NCBI GenBank assembly: GCA_002508425.1
Contig: DAKU01000147.1
Location: forward strand, 44,458 to 108,457
Origin: Methanosarcinaceae archaeon UBA470
GTDB lineage: Archaea; Halobacteriota; Methanosarcinia; Methanosarcinales; Methanosarcinaceae
DNA length: 64,000 bases
Direction of reading: 5' to 3'
Shown: piece after piece, positions 59,691-64,000 of the stretch
Position numbering within the stretch: the stretch's first letter is position 1
How the letters are laid out: each line of letters begins with the position of its first letter
Translations under genes and position numbers: made by a program
The notes under the pieces: model-generated
The model's input: only the letters and a program-made list of their open reading frames with translations
Database searches by the model: none
What the model was told of the DNA's origin: nothing

Positions 59691-62600
59691 ATGCAACGAA
59701 AATATGTATTTACCTTTATCTTAAGCGTTTTGTTGTTAGCGTTGCTGACAACTGTTGTATCGGCAGATGAACAACAAATAAACACGACTTTCAGTATCAA
59801 TGATGGTTCAAACTTTACAGTTACATCGGCTTTAGGCGATGAAAACGCATCTCTCAATGCATCGCTCATTTCTGAGGCCGGGAATACTATACCAAAAATA
59901 GCTTATGTAGTATCAAGGCCTTACGAAGTAACTTATCTGGAAAAAGTAGCATCTTATCCGGAAATAAGTTCACAGATGAATATTAGTGTATACCTTGGTG
60001 TCTCTTATTCAGATTTAAGTTTTGATCTTAGTGGCAATGACATGATTGTTATGTCAAATCTTGATTCCTATGTAGTCGATAAGATCACTTCAACAGTGAA
60101 CGATGCCAAAACAGATGGTGCGTATATCATCTCAGTTGGAGATACCTTAAAAGGCTATGGTCTGCATAACGTAAATACGTCTGCTCCAGAGTATTCCGAT
60201 ATTGAGCTGTACCTAAAATATGCATCAGAAACAAATTTCTATCACTTGGATACTTATCTTGGGTCAACATTCTTCGGGTTGAATTATTCAATCGAGTCTC
60301 CTCAGGAAAGACCAATATATGGTATTTATCATCCTGCTGCACCCCAAATATATGAAAATCTGACAGATTATCTTTCCTGGTATGATGAGAATGGGGTTTA
60401 CAGTTCCGAAAATTCCACCATTGCTATAATATTTGATAGTTACAGTTATGTGGAAAGGGATATGCCATTGCTTGATTCACTTGTCGAGGAAATCGAAAGT
60501 AATGGGTGCAATGTGATTGTAACAACATACTCTTACAAGGATAATAATTCAATGAGTTACCTGACGATGGATAACAAGTCCATAGCCGATGTAGCCATTG
60601 TAGTTTCCCGTGGATCTCGCCTGCATTATGCTGAGAATGAGCAGGGAATCGCTGATCTTGAGACTTTGAACATTACTGTTATGAACGGTATCCGTTTGTT
60701 CTCCGGTGTCGGTGTGGGGGAATGGGAAAATAGCATTCACGGAGTACCACCTGACCAACAGTATCAGGTAGCATATGCAGAACTTGATGGATTAATCGAA
60801 CCTATTGTCATTAGCGGTAAGGCTACCGATGAAGCAACTGGCATCGAATACAATCAACCTATAGATTATCAGATTGACTGGCTGGTCAAAAGGGCAATAT
60901 CCTGGGCAGAACTGCACGAAAAAGAAAATTCCCAGAAAAATATTATTATTCCCTATTATAATCCTGAAGGTGGTAAAGCCGATGTGGGAGCAGATATTGA
61001 TTACTATCTAGATGCGCAGGCAAGCCTTGCAAACCTGCTGCAGGCCATGAAGGATAGAGGTTATAACACCGGGGAAGCAGAACTACCCAATTCCACAGAA
61101 CTTGCTACCATGATGGTCGAAAAAGGTCATAACGTAGGTAACTGGGCTCCCGGAGAACTTGAAAAATGTGTCGAGAATGGCAGTGCTATACTCATACCTG
61201 AATCTCAGTACATGAGCTGGTTCGAAGAACTTCCGCAAGAGAAACAGGATGAAATGGTCTCAATGTGGGGGGAGGCACCCGGAGACCTCATGGTTTATGA
61301 GAATTCCTCTGGCAAGTATCTGGTCATACCGGTGCTTCAATTTGGTAACATACTTCTTGCACCGGATCCACAAAACGGTTGGTCTTCAAGTGAAGAAGCA
61401 ATGTACAATGATGGCTCATACCCCCCAACTCACCAGTGTTTTGCCTTTTATAAGTACATGTCCAGGGAATACAACGCAGATGCAATGTTCACTATATTCT
61501 CAAGTATTGAACTAATGCCCGGTAAAGAATGCGGACTTTCTGCCAAGGACTGGGGAGCATTATTGATGGAAGATATGCCACAGGTACATGTTCTTCCAAT
61601 GGATGCAGAAGGCGTCTTTGACAAAAGAAGAGCTAATATGCTCATCGTTGACTTCATGACTCCAACACTGGTGCCTGCAGGTCTTTATGAAGAACTTGCT
61701 AACCTGCAACAGGATATCACTTTGTTCAACCAGGCCTCTGATACTGCAGTAAAAGAAACCTATAGGCAGAACATCCTTAACCAGACAGCAGAGCTGAACC
61801 TTGATAGTGACTTGGGTGTTGATCTTGGAGAAATATCCGGCAATACAACTCTAACGGATTCATTCATAGTTGATTTGTCGGATTATTTGCAGGAATTAAA
61901 GACAGCGTATATGCCCTATGGATCTCATGTGCTAGGTGAGGTTCCAGAAGGTGAAAGCCTTATCATGCTCATTAAAGGCATGTTAGGGGACGAGTTCATA
62001 GAACATGTGAACGCTTCAGGCGGAAATGAAGATCTTGCAGTCGCACTTTTGAATGAAACGATATTGAATTCTACTTTTCCTTACGATGCACAAATGATGG
62101 TGTTAGGTCAGAACTCCACGGATGTTGGGAATGACCTCAACTTGTCATTGGAGTATCTGGAAAGGATAAAAGACTGCGATTGTGAAATCACAAAGATACT
62201 GGATGCTCTTGACGGTACTTACATTACACCAGGACCTTCGGGTGATCCTATAAGAAATCCGGATGCTTTGCCAACAGGCAGGGATCTATACACTTTCGAT
62301 GACAGGCTCATTCCAACAAGTGCAGCGTGGACAGTTGGTTCACAGCTTGCGGAAGAATTGCTTGCAACTAAACTTCAGGAAGACGGAGGATATCCAGAGA
62401 AGATCGCCTTCCTATTATGGTCTGTGGAAACCACGCGTAACCAAGGAGTAATGGAATCAGAGATATTCAAACTTCTTGGAGTGGAACCCCAATATGATAG
62501 CAAGAATAGAGTTTCAGGCCTCAGGCTCATAAATTCCACTGAACTTGGCAGGTCAAGGATAGATGTGATGGTAGTTACATCCGGTTTATATCGTGATGTC

Positions 62601-63938
62601 TATCCAAACCAGATACAGCTCCTCGATGAAGCAATAAGGCTGGCTGCATCTGCAGAGAATGATACCTATCCGAATTATGTAAGAGAACATTCCGCTGCAA
62701 CCTATGAGAGCCTTATAGACAACGGATACAATGAAACACTGGCATACAACCTCTCAGTTTCAAGGGTATTCAGTCCATCTTCCGGAGCATATACGCCCGG
62801 CATCCAGGAAGCAATAATGAGTGATACATGGGATAATGCAGATGATATAGCTGATCTCTATATAGACAGGATGGGTTACGTCTATGGTCAGGATATATGG
62901 GGAGAACAATATTCTGATGTTTTCGAAATGAACCTTGCAGATGTGGAAACTGCTATATTCAGCCGTACATCGAATGTTTATGGTGTACTTGACCATACAA
63001 TGGTAGCAGCCTATTTCGGCGGTTTGAGTCTGGCAGTTGAAGAAGCAGGTGGCATTGCACCGGATATGTATATCAATGATCTCAGCAGCTCTGCAGAGAT
63101 AGAAACTTTGAGTGAGTTCTTAAGCAAGGACTTGCGTTCACGTTACTTGAACCCAAGCTGGATAGAGGGTATGATGGGCAACGGGTTTGATGGTACAAGG
63201 TACATGGATTCTGTCTTTGAGGTCATGCGTGTATGGGATGTAGCAACTCCTGAACTGGTCACAGATGATATGTGGAATGAGCTATATGGTACATATTTCG
63301 AGGATCAGTATGAAACAGGAGTTACTGAGTATCTAAAGTCCACAAATCCTTATGCATATGAATCAATGGCTGCAACTGCACTGGAATCTGCCAGGACAGG
63401 TTATTGGGACACATCCGAGGATGTAGTTCAGGATCTTGTGAAAGAATATGTGGAAACAGTTGTTGAAAATGGAGTAACGTGCTGCCATCATACTTGTGGC
63501 AATCCTTCACTGGATGAATTTGTACAGGGTGTAATGTCTGTTCCCGGTGTGGTGGATGAGCAAACCGCTGTTGCATACAAGAATATCGTGGAGGAAGCAA
63601 CTGGACGTGAATCTGTAGAAGGAAGCACTTCCAGTCACAGCAGCAGTAGTTCCAGCGATAAGAAACTGGAAATTACCAACCAGGCTAAAACTTCCGGATC
63701 TAACCAGACTACTGAATCAAAGGTAGGAGCAGGTACAGACCTTAGCCAGCCAGAACCTGAAGGCCAAAAGTCAACTCCTGAGGACTATGTGGAAGGATAT
63801 GAAATGACAACGGAATCTCCCTCCCAGCCGGAAAGCAATAGTTCCACCTTCTCAAGTTCTGATATAGTCGCTATTGTTCTGGTAGCTGGTGCCGCAGGGG
63901 CAGTATTCATCGGATTCACGAGAAGGAGGAAAATATAA
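59691..63938 (+). CDS. secreted, C-terminally membrane-anchored CobN/ChlH-like protein, copy 2 (signature His motif degenerate)
   Basis: 1415-aa ORF with the signal peptide MQRKYVFTFILSVLLLALLTTVVSA/DE. It retains LPTGRDLYTFDDR, MPYGSHVLGE and CCHHTCGNP but has MFTIFSSIELMPGK where copy 1 has HFGTHGTQEWLPGK. It has the same Ser-rich linker and a TM helix IVAIVLVAGAAGAVFIGF followed by TRRRKI. Confidence 0.85.
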   Translation: MQRKYVFTFILSVLLLALLTTVVSADEQQINTTFSINDGSNFTVTSALGDENASLNASLISEAGNTIPKIAYVVSRPYEVTYLEKVASYPEISSQMNISVYLGVSYSDLSFDLSGNDMIVMSNLDSYVVDKITSTVNDAKTDGAYIISVGDTLKGYGLHNVNTSAPEYSDIELYLKYASETNFYHLDTYLGSTFFGLNYSIESPQERPIYGIYHPAAPQIYENLTDYLSWYDENGVYSSENSTIAIIFDSYSYVERDMPLLDSLVEEIESNGCNVIVTTYSYKDNNSMSYLTMDNKSIADVAIVVSRGSRLHYAENEQGIADLETLNITVMNGIRLFSGVGVGEWENSIHGVPPDQQYQVAYAELDGLIEPIVISGKATDEATGIEYNQPIDYQIDWLVKRAISWAELHEKENSQKNIIIPYYNPEGGKADVGADIDYYLDAQASLANLLQAMKDRGYNTGEAELPNSTELATMMVEKGHNVGNWAPGELEKCVENGSAILIPESQYMSWFEELPQEKQDEMVSMWGEAPGDLMVYENSSGKYLVIPVLQFGNILLAPDPQNGWSSSEEAMYNDGSYPPTHQCFAFYKYMSREYNADAMFTIFSSIELMPGKECGLSAKDWGALLMEDMPQVHVLPMDAEGVFDKRRANMLIVDFMTPTLVPAGLYEELANLQQDITLFNQASDTAVKETYRQNILNQTAELNLDSDLGVDLGEISGNTTLTDSFIVDLSDYLQELKTAYMPYGSHVLGEVPEGESLIMLIKGMLGDEFIEHVNASGGNEDLAVALLNETILNSTFPYDAQMMVLGQNSTDVGNDLNLSLEYLERIKDCDCEITKILDALDGTYITPGPSGDPIRNPDALPTGRDLYTFDDRLIPTSAAWTVGSQLAEELLATKLQEDGGYPEKIAFLLWSVETTRNQGVMESEIFKLLGVEPQYDSKNRVSGLRLINSTELGRSRIDVMVVTSGLYRDVYPNQIQLLDEAIRLAASAENDTYPNYVREHSAATYESLIDNGYNETLAYNLSVSRVFSPSSGAYTPGIQEAIMSDTWDNADDIADLYIDRMGYVYGQDIWGEQYSDVFEMNLADVETAIFSRTSNVYGVLDHTMVAAYFGGLSLAVEEAGGIAPDMYINDLSSSAEIETLSEFLSKDLRSRYLNPSWIEGMMGNGFDGTRYMDSVFEVMRVWDVATPELVTDDMWNELYGTYFEDQYETGVTEYLKSTNPYAYESMAATALESARTGYWDTSEDVVQDLVKEYVETVVENGVTCCHHTCGNPSLDEFVQGVMSVPGVVDEQTAVAYKNIVEEATGRESVEGSTSSHSSSSSSDKKLEITNQAKTSGSNQTTESKVGAGTDLSQPEPEGQKSTPEDYVEGYEMTTESPSQPESNSSTFSSSDIVAIVLVAGAAGAVFIGFTRRRKI

Positions 63939-63960
63939 GGCCACTTAATTTCATATTTTG

Positions 63961-64000
63961 GACAATCCCTGATCTTATTGTAGGAACTAACTGGATTGTC
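63961..64000 (+). terminator. 3' hairpin after CobN-like gene 2 (partial)
   Basis: GACAATCC (63961-63968) pairs with GGATTGTC (63993-64000). It is homologous to the copy-1 hairpin, and the window ends at the stem. Confidence 0.4.

Larger units (their letters stand above)
59318..64000 (+). repeat. tandem duplication unit 2 (truncated by window end)
   Basis: See unit 1. The window ends inside the copy-2 3' hairpin. Confidence 0.8.

Overview
This 64-kb chromosomal segment reads as a methanogenic archaeon of the Methanosarcinales type. The basis is split RNA polymerase B'/B'' genes, coenzyme F430 genes cfbB-C-D-E, archaeal-type CoA pathway genes, sn-glycerol-1-phosphate dehydrogenase, PurP and aIF-2 gamma. 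It holds about 60 densely packed genes and two tRNAs. I saw no rRNA, CRISPR array, transposase or integrase. Layout: (i) 1-17.5 kb is mixed metabolism and regulation: a GXGXG/ferredoxin/CGGC redox cluster with a divergent HxlR regulator, glycerate kinase, an ICDH-like gene next to an atypical IPMS-family synthase, geranylgeranyl reductase, an orphan PAS histidine kinase, tRNA-Arg, a DEAD-box helicase, a CDGSH protein, and a DUF1641 + FAD oxidoreductase pair. (ii) 17.8-31.5 kb is the canonical archaeal block tRNA-Lys, rpoH, rpoB'', rpoB', rpoA', rpoA'', L30e, NusA, S12, S7, EF-2, EF-1alpha, S10 on the minus strand. (iii) 31.7-37.9 kb carries SAH recycling genes (ahcY-like, mtaD-like), an HD-domain gene and archaeal CoA genes (phosphopantothenate synthetase, pantoate kinase, CoaBC). 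(iv) 38-45.3 kb carries a beta-helix lipoprotein, TspO and cfbB-C-D-E. (v) 45.4-54.3 kb is housekeeping, including egsA, purP and the aIF2gamma-PIN-rpoE'-spt4-DPCK-S24e-S27ae operon. (vi) 54.3-64 kb is the only accessory-looking part, a tandem duplication of about 5 kb. Each unit encodes a 1400-1500 aa CobN/ChlH-type chelatase homologue with a signal peptide, many N-glycosylation sequons and a C-terminal membrane anchor. Each is preceded by a virtually identical 74-nt leader carrying a perfect 10-bp hairpin. This surface-exposed chelatase-like pair and its conserved leader are my best candidate for undescribed biology. All functional calls rest on motif and family recognition by eye; no database search was possible.
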